Assembly (NCBI GenBank): GCA_013265495.1
Contig: MU057880.1
Coordinates: 774,527-838,526, forward strand
Direction: 5' to 3'
Origin: Vicugna vicugna
Lineage: Eukaryota
Length of the DNA stretch: 64,000 nucleotides
Part shown: one piece after another, positions 50,641 to 61,923 of the stretch
Numbering within the stretch: the first letter of the stretch is position 1
How the letters are laid out: the number at the start of each line of letters is the position of its first letter
The notes under the pieces: generated by a model
Told to the model about the DNA's origin: nothing
The model's input: the letters and a program-made list of their open reading frames with translations, nothing else
The model's database searches: none
Program-made: the position numbers and the translations under genes

Positions 50641-52003
50641 GCTCGGTCCTAATCGGCCGCTGATCACAGATGTGTCTATTTCACTGTTCCATCTAATAGA
50701 CGCGTCAGGGTGACCAAGCCCCCTTTGGACCATGCTTTGCTAGTCCTGCACGCTGTCATTCACTGTCTCTTTGTTATCCCTTAGTTCAAACTGTTTTCTT
50801 ACTTCTCTCATTTGGCTTGTGGGTTATTTAAATATGGCTGTTGATTTTCTGAGCAGGTGAGAATTGTCTCCTGGTCATTTAAAAAAATTGATCTGCAGTC
50901 TAATTCCAACTGCATTCTGGAAAATACAACTTAAACTTTGGGAGGAAAAAAAATGAAGACAAAATCTGAGACTGTTTAACTTGCATTAACTTAAGCCAAT
51001 AATCCCAAACACTTTTTGAGGAGAAAAGCTGCTTTTCACCTGTGATCCCCTAAGGTTGGACATGTAGTCCCCACCTCACAACCTCACAACTCAGGGCACA
51101 GGGAAAGGCATCTTCATTACCTACCGTCTGGTGAGGACACACTAGCAGGTCTAAAATGAGAATCTAATGAATTAACACATGCAAAAGGCCCCTGGAGCCA
51201 TGCATGGCTCCCAGGGATGGCTTGCATTACTACTGTAACACACTGTTTCCTGGCATTCAAGTGCTTGTCTGCAATTCTGTTTCTGGAGAATGCCACTTTA
51301 CCATTTCCTCAAGCATGTCTTCCTTGAAAGCCCCCTCCCCACCCCACCCCCATCTCTCGGAGCCCCCTCATAACATCCTCAGCACAGCATCCATGACCAA
51401 GGTGCTCCCAGCGTTAACTGGTTTACCTCCCTGGTGACCATGAACTAGCATTTTACAGGTGAAGAGGCGCTTGCCCATGAAGGCTGGATTTGGGTCCAGG
51501 CAGTCTGGCCCTGGTGCCCACGTCCTGCCCGCTACACTGCATTCTCATGTCCATCGCACACCCCTAGCGAAGGAGCAACCAGGATGTTCTGAATACCACC
51601 TGCGCCTCCTCCATCAGGCTGCAGGCTTCCCGAGGCTGAGCTGCACGTGACCCAGCTCTGCACCCCTGGGTCCAGTGGAGGGATAGGGTCTGGAACAGAG
51701 CAGCCGTGCAGGCCTGCCTTGCTCACTGCAGACGTGTGCCAGGTGAGGCCCCGGAGCACACCTCTCCTGCATGCGAGCTCTGGTCTCCCAAGTCTGCGCT
51801 CTGACCAGCCACGCTGGGGCGTCAGGTCCCTGCAACCCACCTGAGCTCAAAGCCTAGAGGACATAAAAACCAACAGCACTGAGCAGAGCAGTGTGGAAAA
51901 GACGGGGTTTCTGACTTCAGCTTGGATTTAAAAGGGGGTGAAATCACAGTGTGTGTTACTTTCTTTTCTCTCACTTTTCTCCTATGCAGTCCATCCTCTA
52001 GGG

Positions 52004-52226
52004 CAGCGGTTCTCAGCCAGGGGGTGTTCTGCACCCCGCACGGGGGGTGGGGGGGACACTCAGTGGTGTCTGGAGGCATTTACGAGGGGTTTTCCTGGGC
52101 CGCTGGTGAGCACAGACCAGTGATGCAGCTGTTCAGTCTCCAGGCACAGGACAAGCCCCTCCACCACCCACCCACCCAAGAATGATCCGGTCCACGTATC
52201 CAGAGTGCCGAAGTTAAGAAACCCCG
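52004..52226 (+). mobile_element. MER20 hAT-Charlie MITE
   Basis: Termini cagcggttctcagcc...aagttaagaaaccccg; internal gggacactcagtggtgtctggagg and aagaatgatccggtcc; flanks ctctaggg / ctttaaag resemble an 8-bp hAT target site. Confidence 0.8.
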
Positions 52227-52424
52227 CTTTAAAGAGCAGAAGGATGCTGCCGGCAGGGGGAGGGGAGGAAGGGGATGTTTTAACAGGTAGGCTCCCAGGG
52301 CCAGTTCCCTGCCTGCCCAAGGACAACCTTGGATGGCCGGGCTGCATGGCTGACATCAGCTAAACTCTCCAGCATTTCCCCAACCCATCCCATACGGGCT
52401 CTGAAGAGTCACGTCGGTACTGAC

Positions 52425-52594
52425 CCAGCTGCGCCCAGAGAGGGTTATACGGGTGTGTCTTGGCCAGCGTGTTCACCAGCTGAGAGGTGCGCTTCTCTGA
52501 GAAAGCCCTGATGGGGGGGTGGTCCACTGGCATGACGGTCGGGACCCAGGCCAGGTGGTAGGTTAACACGGCGGTCAGCAAGGCAGCGAAGAAC
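52425..52594 (-). CDS. FNIP2: FNIP2 coding exon 12, 170 nt
   Basis: ttcctgttccgcccag|G TTC TTC...CAG CTG G|gtcagt; [56 protein letters not shown](G), a hallmark FNIP DENN-module sequence. Confidence 0.97.
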
Positions 52595-52718
52595 CTGGGC
52601 GGAACAGGAAAGGGGGCAGCGGGAGAGTCAGGGCCGCGAAGGCGCGGCGCGGCATCAGGTTCAGCACGGGCACCGGCCACTGCACGCGCAACCCGGGCTC
52701 CGGGGAGCCGACGCTTAC

Positions 52719-52865
52719 TGGTTCTTGTTGATCTGCTCTATCAGGAGGGTGAACTCCTTGAGGAAGCGCTGGCAGAGCTGCGTTTTCTCCAAAGTGCTGG
52801 ACATCATGGTGAGCCACACCGGTTCCGCGATCCTCGGGACAGAATACAAGTTCCAGATGGTCCCT
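52719..52865 (-). CDS. FNIP2: FNIP2 coding exon 11, 147 nt
   Basis: tctctcctctgcag|A GGG ACC...AAC CA|gtaagc; [48 protein letters not shown](Q). Confidence 0.97.
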
Positions 52866-52996
52866 CTGCAGAGGAGAGAAGGGTGACCCAGAACTGTCAC
52901 AGACATTACTTTGGAGAATCTTTATGCAAAGGAATAAAGAAGAAAACAGTAATCTGGATTTATGTAGCCCCAAGGGATCCAAAGCAGTATATAAAA

Positions 52997-53160
52997 CAGG
53001 GGTCAGTAAACTAGGACGCACAGGCCAGATCCAACTTGACTGCCAGCTTTCTGTAAATAAAGTTTTATTGGAACACAGCCATGTGCAACCATTTCCACAG
53101 TATCTATTGTTGCTTTTGCACAATGGCAAAGTTAAGCAGCAGTGACAGAGACCCTCTACA
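52997..53160 (+). mobile_element. MER58A-like hAT-Charlie fragment
   Basis: caggggtcagtaaacta...tgtaaataaagttttattggaacacagccatg...gcagtgacagagacc. Confidence 0.85.
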
Positions 53161-53254
53161 GAGAGAGTATAGTAACTCTTCATATAAAATGCTCATTCTT
53201 AAAAAATTTTGTTTCCACAACGCTTTGTGTCAGAACAAAGGAAGAAACACAAAA

Positions 53255-54141
53255 GATCTTGAGAAGCCAAAACAATTTTGAAAAAGACGAAAGGAGCTGG
53301 GGGAATTACACTCCCTGACTTTTCAGGCTATACTCTGAATCTACAGTAATCGAAACAGCATGGCACTGGCACAAAAAAAGACACATAGATCAATGGAACA
53401 GGATAGAAAGTCCAGAAATATACCCACGCACTTCTGGTCAATTAAGCTACGACAAAGGAGGCAAGAATATACAACAGAGAAAAGACAGTCTCTTCAATAA
53501 GCAGTGCTGGGAAAACTGGACAGCTACCTGTAAAAGACTGAAATTAGAACATTCTCTAACACCAGATACAAAAATAAACTCAGAATGGATTAAAGACCTA
53601 AATGTTAGACCAGATACTCTAAAACTCCTACAGGAAAACATAGGCAGAAAACTCTTTGACCTAAATCACAGCAATATTTTTTTTTGGATCCATCTCCTAA
53701 AAGCAAAAGAAATAAAAACAAAAATAAACAAATGGGACCTAATAAAACTCAAAATCTTTTTGCACAGCAAAGGAAACCATCGACGAAATGAAAAGACAAC
53801 CTAATGAATGGGAGAAAATATTTGCAATGATATGACCAATAAGTGGTTAATATCCAAATTATATAAACAGCTCATGCAGCTCAATTAAAAAAAAAAAGAG
53901 ACACAATCCAATTAAAAAATGGGAAGAGCGCCTGAACAGACATTTTTCCAAAGAGGAAATGCAGATGGCCAACAGGCACATGAAAAGATGCTCAACATCA
54001 CTAAACATCAGGGAAATGCAACTCAAATCCACAATAAGACACCACCCCACATCTGTCAGAATGGCCGTCATCAAACAGACAAGAAATAACAAGCGTTGGC
54101 AACAGTGTGGAGGAAAGGGAGCCCTCACAGCTGTGGTGGGA
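53255..54141 (+). mobile_element. LINE-1 ORF2 internal fragment (degenerate), antisense to FNIP2
   Basis: ggcactggcacaaaa...atagatcaatggaacaggatagaaagtccagaaata...tggattaaagacctaaatgttagacc; peptide [29 protein letters not shown]. Confidence 0.93.
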
Positions 54142-54216
54142 ACACCCAAGAGCCACGGCTGCCCTGCTGCGGCTCGTCCTGTCCCCTGCTGGGCTCCCTG
54201 GGCGCTGCCAGTTTAC

Positions 54217-54305
54217 CTGAACTCCCCCAGCGCTTCCATCAGACGGCCGACGTAGAACTGGACGCGGAGACTTGACTCTGCTATCTTCCTACAGGAGATC
54301 ATGGC
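54217..54305 (-). CDS. FNIP2: FNIP2 coding exon 10, 89 nt (not in the ORF track)
   Basis: ttttctcttcaacgaag|GCC ATG ATC...GAG TTC AG|gtaaac; [29 protein letters not shown](R); phase 0 to 2 fits both neighbours. Confidence 0.96.
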
Positions 54306-54616
54306 CTTCGTTGAAGAGAAAACAAACCACATGACCCTCAGAGGAGAAATTCCTTCGTAACCATCTACGGGGCTTTACTAGTAAGAGACGATGTTATAGT
54401 CAACACCCCAGGCAGCAATGACCGACGGTGACAGGGGCAGGGATTTCCTTTCCCCAAGCCATCCAGCAGCTGGCACCTAACACCACGGTGCCCACGGGTC
54501 CAGCCCTGCTGGACGAGTCACGTTCCCCGCAAAAGGGATGTGGTGCTTAGAGCCCCCACCACCTCGCGAGCCCCGTGACCGCGTCTCCACTGGACGACGG
54601 CTTACGGTCTCAGTAC

Positions 54617-54818
54617 CTTTTCAATGGCACTCTTCAGCCTGTTCATGTGAGATTCAAACAGCGGGAAGTGAGAGAAAAAGAAGTCCTGGAAATCCCGCTG
54701 CGCCTCCTCCCTCTCGCACAGGGAGAAGATGATGCTGACGGCGATCTTCTTCCTCCGCACGATGGCTGGGTTCGAGCTGCAGCTCTCCTCGGCCAAGCTG
54801 AACGTCTCGTCCGTGGAC
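54617..54818 (-). CDS. FNIP2: FNIP2 coding exon 9, 202 nt
   Basis: cctccag|G TCC ACG GAC GAG...GAA AAG|gtactg; [67 protein letters not shown]. Confidence 0.96.
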
Positions 54819-55095
54819 CTGGAGGAAGGAGAGGGGTGAGAAGCCGTCCTGCGTCAGGAGCCACATGCAAGGTGAAATGAAATGCCGGGCGACGTTCAGA
54901 CGGCTACTCCCTGGTGCTCAGTCCAGCTGAATGTCCCCTGCTAATTCATTCTCCTCCATCCTCCATTCTCTGCCATGGAAACCAAGACATCTGGTCACCA
55001 CACAGTGTTTTCCTAACGTGAAAAGCAACTTCAGTGAAAACTGAGAGTAACTGAAAATGTCCTCTTCTTAGACTCTTAATCCTTCACCCTTGGAC

Positions 55096-55222
55096 TTTAT
55101 TTTTTGTTTGTTTTTGCTTTTTTTAGGGGGGGAATTAGGTCTACTTATTTTAATGGAGGTGCTGGGAATTGAACCCAGGACCTTGTGCATGCTAAGCATG
55201 TGCTCTACCACTGAGCTATCCC
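55096..55222 (-). mobile_element. Vic-1-like SINE
   Basis: aattaggtctacttattttaatggaggtgctgggaattgaacccaggaccttgtgcatgctaagcatgtgctctaccactgagctatccc. Confidence 0.9.
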
Positions 55223-56768
55223 AAGGACTCTATTTTCATACCAGATTGGCAGTATTTGGGAAGGGGCGTGGAACACCTGTTGGCTCAACAGGCAGGTCCT
55301 TTGTTTTGGCTGATGGATCCCGCTGGATGAGAGCATTTGAAGGGAAATGGCCCTCTGTGGTTTCCGTGTGCCCTAGGCACCATATCTGGGTATTTACGGG
55401 AGTTGAGGCTCGCCCGCCTTCCCAAGGTTATTAAGACCATTGGACGCAGTTACTCCTATAAACGCTCAGATTCACCCCCGTTGCTGATCACACTCGCCAG
55501 GAAGTCTGCCAAGCAGAAAGAGCCTCCTCTCTCCTGGAATAGTCAGATCCCCAACAAACTTAAGATTCTGTCGAGAGGCTCTGCGTCTATGATAAGAGAA
55601 TCCTGAAGCCAATAAATCCTGAATATGTATTCAGTCTGTCTTCGGGGGTGAGCCTCCCAGACACGGCCCAACCATGTTCCTTCTTTAACTCTCCCGAGAA
55701 ACAAGAATAATGACCACATAGAGACTAACAGCAAGAATGAAAATTTTTTTGAAAAATTGTTTTTCCTACTAAGACATCGAAACAAAGGACAAATGAAAGC
55801 TCCCCGCCTGGCACGCGGCAGGTGTGCAGTCAACCTTCCTTTTTTCACGGCCTCCATGTTTAGCCTCCTCTATCTGCCCAGTACAGAAGGACACTGCCTT
55901 GCCCACTTCCTTTACTATGAATTACCCCCAACAACCATGTCTGCTAGCAGAACTCCAGGCCGCCAGCCTCCTTCTTGGTCTTAAACTTCTTATTTAGTGT
56001 CTGCTCAGGGTCTGTAACATTCCTGTGATCTCAAACATACCCACATCGGAGTTTTATGGCCAGGAAAGCTATCCTGTTGTTAAAGGAAAGGACACAGACA
56101 CCCTGTTCTGACCTCAGAGGGACAGGTCATTGCTTCTCTCAACTTCATCCAGGATCCAGGAGACGGGAGTGTGGCTGACACATCGGCGCTCCCACAGACG
56201 CACGGGGAGGAGCTCCAGATGCTCCGGTTCATGCCACCCGCGAAAATGAACCAGCAACTGTTTTCCCTGAGAAATTCCTCGATCCTAACCATCCGCTCGT
56301 CAGAAAAAACGTTCCAGAGGCGCTGTGGCGATGTTACTTAGCTTCATACAGTGAGTTCCCTCTCCTCTTCCAGAGAACGGTCCTATAACTTTGTTTTCCT
56401 GCACCAGTTTATTCCTGTTCCGCACAGGTAATTCTGAGCTGCTGTTACACCAACACTTCCCTGCAGCCCTTTCTTCTTCGTCTGTTATCTCCTATCTCCC
56501 TCCCTTTTCAAAACTAAAACGACCATATCCGTGCACTCATCTTGGGCCAACGTGGTCCTTAATAATCAAGTGGTGATAAACACTGAGCCCCTGCAGACGT
56601 GGCCACCAGCTTCACCTCCACCCTGCAGTCAGCAACTCTGCCTAACACAGCAGACGATGCCACCTACTGAATGTCTGAGAAACTTCCCCGCCTTTGATAG
56701 CATGCACAGCTCTTTTGTGCTTTACTGCATATCTCCGCTGAATTCTAAAGCAGCTGGAGGTTACAGCA

Positions 56769-57205
56769 TCATGGATGGACCTAGAGGTGATCACACTGAG
56801 TGAGGTAAGTCAGACAGAGAAAGACAAATATCATATAATACCACTTATACGTGGAATCTAAAAAAAATGATACAAATTCTATTCACAAACCAAAAACAGA
56901 CTCACACACATAGAAAAACTATGGTTACCAAAGGGGAGAGGGTGGGGAGGGATAAATTAGGGGCTGGGGATCAACAGACACATGTTACTATATACAGAAT
57001 AGATAAATAACAAGGACCTAGTGTGTAGCACAGGGAACTATATTCAATTTCTTGTAATAACATATAATGGATAAGAATCTGAAAAGAAAGTATCTATATG
57101 TATGTATATGTGTAACTGAATCACTGTGCTGTACACCTGACATTAACATGATAAATCAATTACACTTCAATAAAAGATTTTAAAAAATTAAAATTTGAAA
57201 AAAAA
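56769..57205 (+). mobile_element. LINE-1 3' end
   Basis: atggatggacctagaggtgatcacactgagtgaggtaagtcagacagagaaagacaaatatcatata...tgtagcacagggaactatattcaa...cacttcaataaaa plus A tail; possible TSD aaagcagctg / aaagcaactg. Confidence 0.92.
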
Positions 57206-58899
57206 GCAACTGAGCTTCGTTCAGTCTACAGTCTGGGATCAACCATGCAAACTGCAACAAACCAGGTCCTGTGGTATTTGGAAATACACTTTGAAAGTCA
57301 ATCTACAATGAAAGGACGCTTCAGAATGTTTTAAAAAAAAATGTAAGTATGCACAGAAACACTTCATCATATCTTTACCCTCAAGCCACTGGGTCAGGCA
57401 CATTGACCGTCTCGCAAATGAGGAAACTGAGGCAGGGCGATGCATAACCTTCCCTCAGAACAGAGAGGTTTTTAGTGATGGTGCTGGAGTCAGAGCCCAG
57501 GGCTCCTGTCGGCTGGTCTGGGCTCGTTTCTCGGACACTGGGAAGGACCAGAGCCCTGCCCTACGTCTCCTCCATGTGCTGGAGTCCACGCCATCCACCG
57601 CGTCACCAGCCGGGGTGCCGAGGAGGGGCTGGGGGCAGTCACACCAGCCCCAGGCCTTCAGATCGAGGGAAGACTGTGCTACACGCTCACATTTCCTTTT
57701 AATAAAATAATCCAGCAGGGCTGAGCTGACATTTATGACCCAGCATTCACACACACTATGTGCACATCCAGGTCCTGAATAAAGCAGCGATGGAGGCTGT
57801 TGAAGGACATCTCAGCGACCTGCCATCGTCTCGGGACTGCTCAGTCTGACTGGTTACGTCAGCTTTGAACTTACGGGGAACCTACGTGCTACACTGGCCC
57901 ACATGAAACCACCACTTCTGTAGGTCAAACTCTGCACGGTTATTCAGTGTTACAGTCCCAGGCAACAGCCTTTCCGGGACAGCACATCTGCTTCTCTAGG
58001 GTTTCAACAGCCCCACTAAGCTGGGGCGGGGGTTCTCTGCAGCGTCCTCCGCTAGGCTGAGCAGCTGGTCAGTCCCCCGACTCCCCACAGGCCCGGCAGG
58101 GGCCCCGAGGTCAGCGGGCACCTGACCCCTAGGGTGGTGAGGAGCCTCCCTGGCTCCCCTGAATGCTCTTGGGGGTGAAGTCTTTGCTTGCTGTGAACTC
58201 CCTCTCCACACCGGCAGCAATCACGGTTTTGGTACCCATGTGCCCCGTCTAGTCCAGAGACTCTCCCCAACCCAATGCCTGCCAAAGGTGGTGAGGGGCT
58301 GCAAGCTGTAAACAAAGAGGGGTCTTCACAAGCACGGGGTCGAGTCAAAGTGCCCACAGAACTTCCGTATGGGTGTTGGGCAGTCCCCGCCCAGCGCCAG
58401 TCCTGTATCCAGCACCTGCCCCAAGTCCAGCAGCCCAGCATCCAGGGCCAGCCCTGCATCTGGCAGCCCCACAGAGCCTGCTCTGGGAGGCAGCTCGGGT
58501 GGTGACCTGGGGGTGCCATCTCCATCCCTAACAGCCTCACCCCCACCCTTAAGCTACAGAGGTGAAGTCTGATGTGACAATGACACATGAGCATGCGCAG
58601 GGAAGACCCCGGGCAGCAGAGTGCACGGGGGGGCGGGGCCTCGGACGCTGAGCAGCTGACCTGGGGGGCAGGGAACCAGGGGGCCTGCAAGGCTGGGACC
58701 TGGGCCCAGATAGGCGGCAGCAGCAGCCATCATGGCCATCGGAGGAAGGATTTGACCAAGGCCATGACCCATGTGGAGGCAGCTTGTCTGTCCATCATCG
58801 GAGCCCGTCCCTGTGGAGTCTGCACAAATATTACTCTCTCCGACCTGAGCCCCGGACAGTAAATTGCCACAAAGTGAGAGCCCACGGTGGACGGGAGTA

Positions 58900-59975
58900 C
58901 AGCAGGGGGTCACCCGAATCCTTCCAAGACTCTGTAGTCTCTGCTTTTGAAAAACGTGGCAACACTGCAAAGCAAATATCCACAGGCACAGATACAGAAA
59001 TTAAATGCAAATACTGTTGCACTGCATAGAAAGTACCTGTTACTTTCATATGAAGCATCAGGCAAAGAAATCATTAATCAGGAAGCCCATTTTAAAATTA
59101 ATTTTTCCATGTAGTTGAAGACGCCGTGACAGAATGCATAAATAGGCATTCTGCATTATATGCAACCCACGAAGACACTGCCGGTTTCTTGTGAGACCTC
59201 CACACCATTCAGGGACTGTCAGAGGGACCACTAACATCACCTTGTCCAAATTTACATTTAAAATTAAGTTCAAACTTACACAAAATGGATGTGTGTGAAG
59301 AACAGAATCTTTGGCAAAATGGTTCCATAAGAACATCTGATCTAGACATACTGAAATTTATATTTTTCAAGTTTATCACAAATTTATGTCAGTGCTGTCA
59401 CAACCTTTAAGTCTCCAGTAACAGTCACAGTGAGCAGGAAGGGCCTTCTCAAAATAAAAGAATTATCACAAGTTATTTGCCATCTTGTGTTTGCCAGCAG
59501 TGACTAACGCTGCTTTTAACTTTACCAATTGAGGTATAAATTTTTTTTTGGTTCTCTTTTTGGGGGGTAATTAGGTTTTTATTTATGTATTTTTTTTTTA
59601 AATGGAGGTACTGGGGATTGAACCCAGGACCTTGTGCATGCTAAGCATGCACTCCACCACTGAGCTATACCCTCCCCACTGACTGATGTATAAATTTTGA
59701 TGACTCATACAACTGACTTTGCAGAAGAATGAGCCAGAAAACTTACAATGAATCAAAACATCACGCTAGGTGTTATTATTGATTATATTATATAAAACTA
59801 TTACACCAAAACATTTTTTTCAATTTACAAGTTTATGTTAGTCATGTATCACTGCTATTCCTCTTACATTTTATAAGTAAACTATTTATAATGGAAAAGC
59901 CTTACACTGTTTACCTTCAATAGCACTTTTTCCTGCTTTTTGAACAAGGGGCCCCACATTTTCATTTTTGAGCCC
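58900..59975 (+). mobile_element. hAT-Tip100 (MER45-related) DNA transposon fossil, interrupted by a SINE
   Basis: Right end ttttgaacaaggggccccacattttcatttt matches the recalled MER45 terminus; the AT-rich body resembles decayed hAT sequence; left boundary uncertain. Confidence 0.55.
59545..59677 (-). mobile_element. Vic-1-like SINE, near full length, with TSD
   Basis: Reverse complement ggggagggtatagctcagtggtggagtgcatgcttagcatgcacaaggtcctgggttcaatccccagtacctcc; GTATAAATTTT on both flanks (59534-59544 and 59688-59698). Confidence 0.92.
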
Positions 59976-60184
59976 AAGCTACTTATTTTAGGCATAAGTT
60001 CACTAGAGGTTCATTACTTTCCAAGCCAGGCCTCGATTCGGATTAGAGCTTTTGAAGACTTTGGAAGGAGTGGGTTGGGGAATGCTATTCACCTTTGAAT
60101 TTGAACCTGACGGGACAGGAGGATGGAAAAGCATTTTTAGTAAGAGATGTCTGAAGGGGAAGGCTTCTAATATGATCACCTGCA

Positions 60185-60302
60185 GGGAGGGTACAGTTCA
60201 GTGGTGGAGCATGTACTTTGCATGCACAGGTCCTAGGTTTAATCCCCAGTGCCCCCATTAAAAAAAAATAATAAAATTTAAAAATTTAAAAATCTAAAAA
60301 AA
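60185..60302 (+). mobile_element. Vic-1-like SINE
   Basis: gggagggtacagttcagtggtggagcatgtactttgcatgcacaggtcctaggtttaatccccagtgccccc plus A-rich tail. Confidence 0.85.
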
Positions 60303-60497
60303 GAGTTAAAAGAGTACAAAAGAAAAAATAAATTTCTTATCATGGATACCAATTATCATAAAAAGTAAAAATACAAAATGGAAAGAAAGCAAAAAGGGCC
60401 TGAACCATGGTGAAACCAGTGGATAAGACCACCTGTGTCCTCCAATCCCAGAAGCTGTCGTGATGACGTGGGGCCAGGGGTGCCTTCTGGCAGCTGC

Positions 60498-60648
60498 AGG
60501 GACAGGGGCGCGGGGATGGGGATGTGGGGACAGGGACACAGGGATGGGGACAGAGACAGGAAAGGGGATGGGGACGCGGGAGGCAGAGATGGGGACGAAG
60601 GGACAGGGATGTGGGGACAGGGATGGGGATGTGGGGATGGGGATGGTG
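60498..60648. repeat. G-rich degenerate hexamer repeat (GGGGAT/GGGACA)n
   Basis: Directly visible; many G3-G4 runs separated by short loops. Confidence 0.9.
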
Positions 60649-61793
60649 ACAACGGCCACACTGGCGGCATTTCCTCTGCCAGCTCTGTCCCGCCTGACCT
60701 GACTTGTGGTGTGAGCACAGCCATCACACCACTGAGGGGGACATGGCACCTCCTTCTCACCTGCATCCGCGAGTGGGAGCAAGTTCCTGGCCCCACACCG
60801 ACTCCAGGCGCTTAACCACTCAGTTCCAAGCCCACCACCCAAGGAGCCGCTCCTCAGCCAGTGAGTTGCTGTAATTCCTTCTCTCTGTCCAGCTCCCTGG
60901 GGTGGTGGGGCCGCGGGAGAAGGGGGCCTGCACAGTCGCGCTGCACACGCCTCGGCCCCTCGTTTCCCACCGTGTCCTTTCAGTATCACCTCTTTCATGA
61001 AGCTCCCCTGCCCCCAGCACTAAAACACCTGACGCCTCTCAAGTGCTTACCACTTAGGGTCTCTACACCCTTGTTTATATGCGTATCATCTTCGGAATGT
61101 ACTTAAGTGCAGATGTGTGGACGAATTCACGTTTACCCCGTCACAGATCCCTGCGCGTGGCGATTACTGGTCAATTACAAAGTCCACCATCTGACATGTG
61201 CATCTTCATAGGTACAACCTACCTTAATTCCCTTTAAAGTTTTTGGATTGTCGGAAGAAGAGGCTGGACGCTGTAGATGTAACATCGCACTAAGTCCAAA
61301 ATGTCCATTTTGCAACATAACTAAACCCACTTAAATGAAGACAGAAAGTATCCTGAGGCCGAACCTCTTCATAATCAGGTTCATGGCTGTTGAGTTTAAG
61401 AATCTAAGTTTTCTAAAGAGAGTCTGTCACAAGCCTCGAGTCTGGATATTTTCAAAGACCACACTGGTGTCACTGTCGGCCAAGGAAAGCTGTACTCCAC
61501 CCTCCTAATTCACAAAAGCCGCATCTCAGGGAGCCAGAAAAGACAGAGCAGGCTCATTTCCAATGGATAAATCTGGCCCCACAGCTACGCGGGTATATCC
61601 CAGTGTCCTCCAAACCAGATTTTTGTTTTTTTTTAAATTTTTTTTTCTTTCCATGAAACCTCTAATTTGTGAACTTTCAGGCTGAGCGGGAGCCAGTGTC
61701 TGCGTGGGTGGCAGGTGCCCACCGCGTGCCCGTCTCAGTGGGCGGCCCCTCACCCCCCGGCACCCCCCTCAGCCAGAGGGACCTGCAGCTCAC

Positions 61794-61923
61794 CTCCTCG
61801 GCGGGATGCCGTTTTCCAGACGTGTCGTCTGACTTCGGAGCCAGCGGCGCTGGTAACTGCTGGAAGAGGACGTTGAGGAGCTTGGAGATGGGAAAGGGGT
61901 GACCAGAAGGCTGCTGAGTGAGG
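61794..61923 (-). CDS. FNIP2: FNIP2 coding exon (exon 8 by human numbering), 130 nt; upstream exons not found in this window
   Basis: Minus strand ccccacag|CC TCA CTC AGC...AGG AG|gtgagc; translates (A)[42 protein letters not shown](R), matching the Ser-rich FNIP1/2 segment; end phase fits the next exon. Confidence 0.96.

Noticed and set aside
49399..51651. Two near-CLEAR E-boxes (GTCACGTGCC at 49399, GCACGTGAC at 51643) in intron 12, attractive because FNIP2 belongs to the TFEB/MiT-TFE circuit
   Set aside because: About two GTCACGTG matches are expected by chance on both strands of 64 kb; they are far apart and there is no supporting evidence without ChIP or conservation data.
59545..59677. 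tRNA-like sequences with A/B boxes (also at 4556, 37788, 42014, 55096, 60185)
   Set aside because: They are tRNA-derived SINEs with A-rich tails and TSDs, lacking a complete cloverleaf; not tRNA genes.
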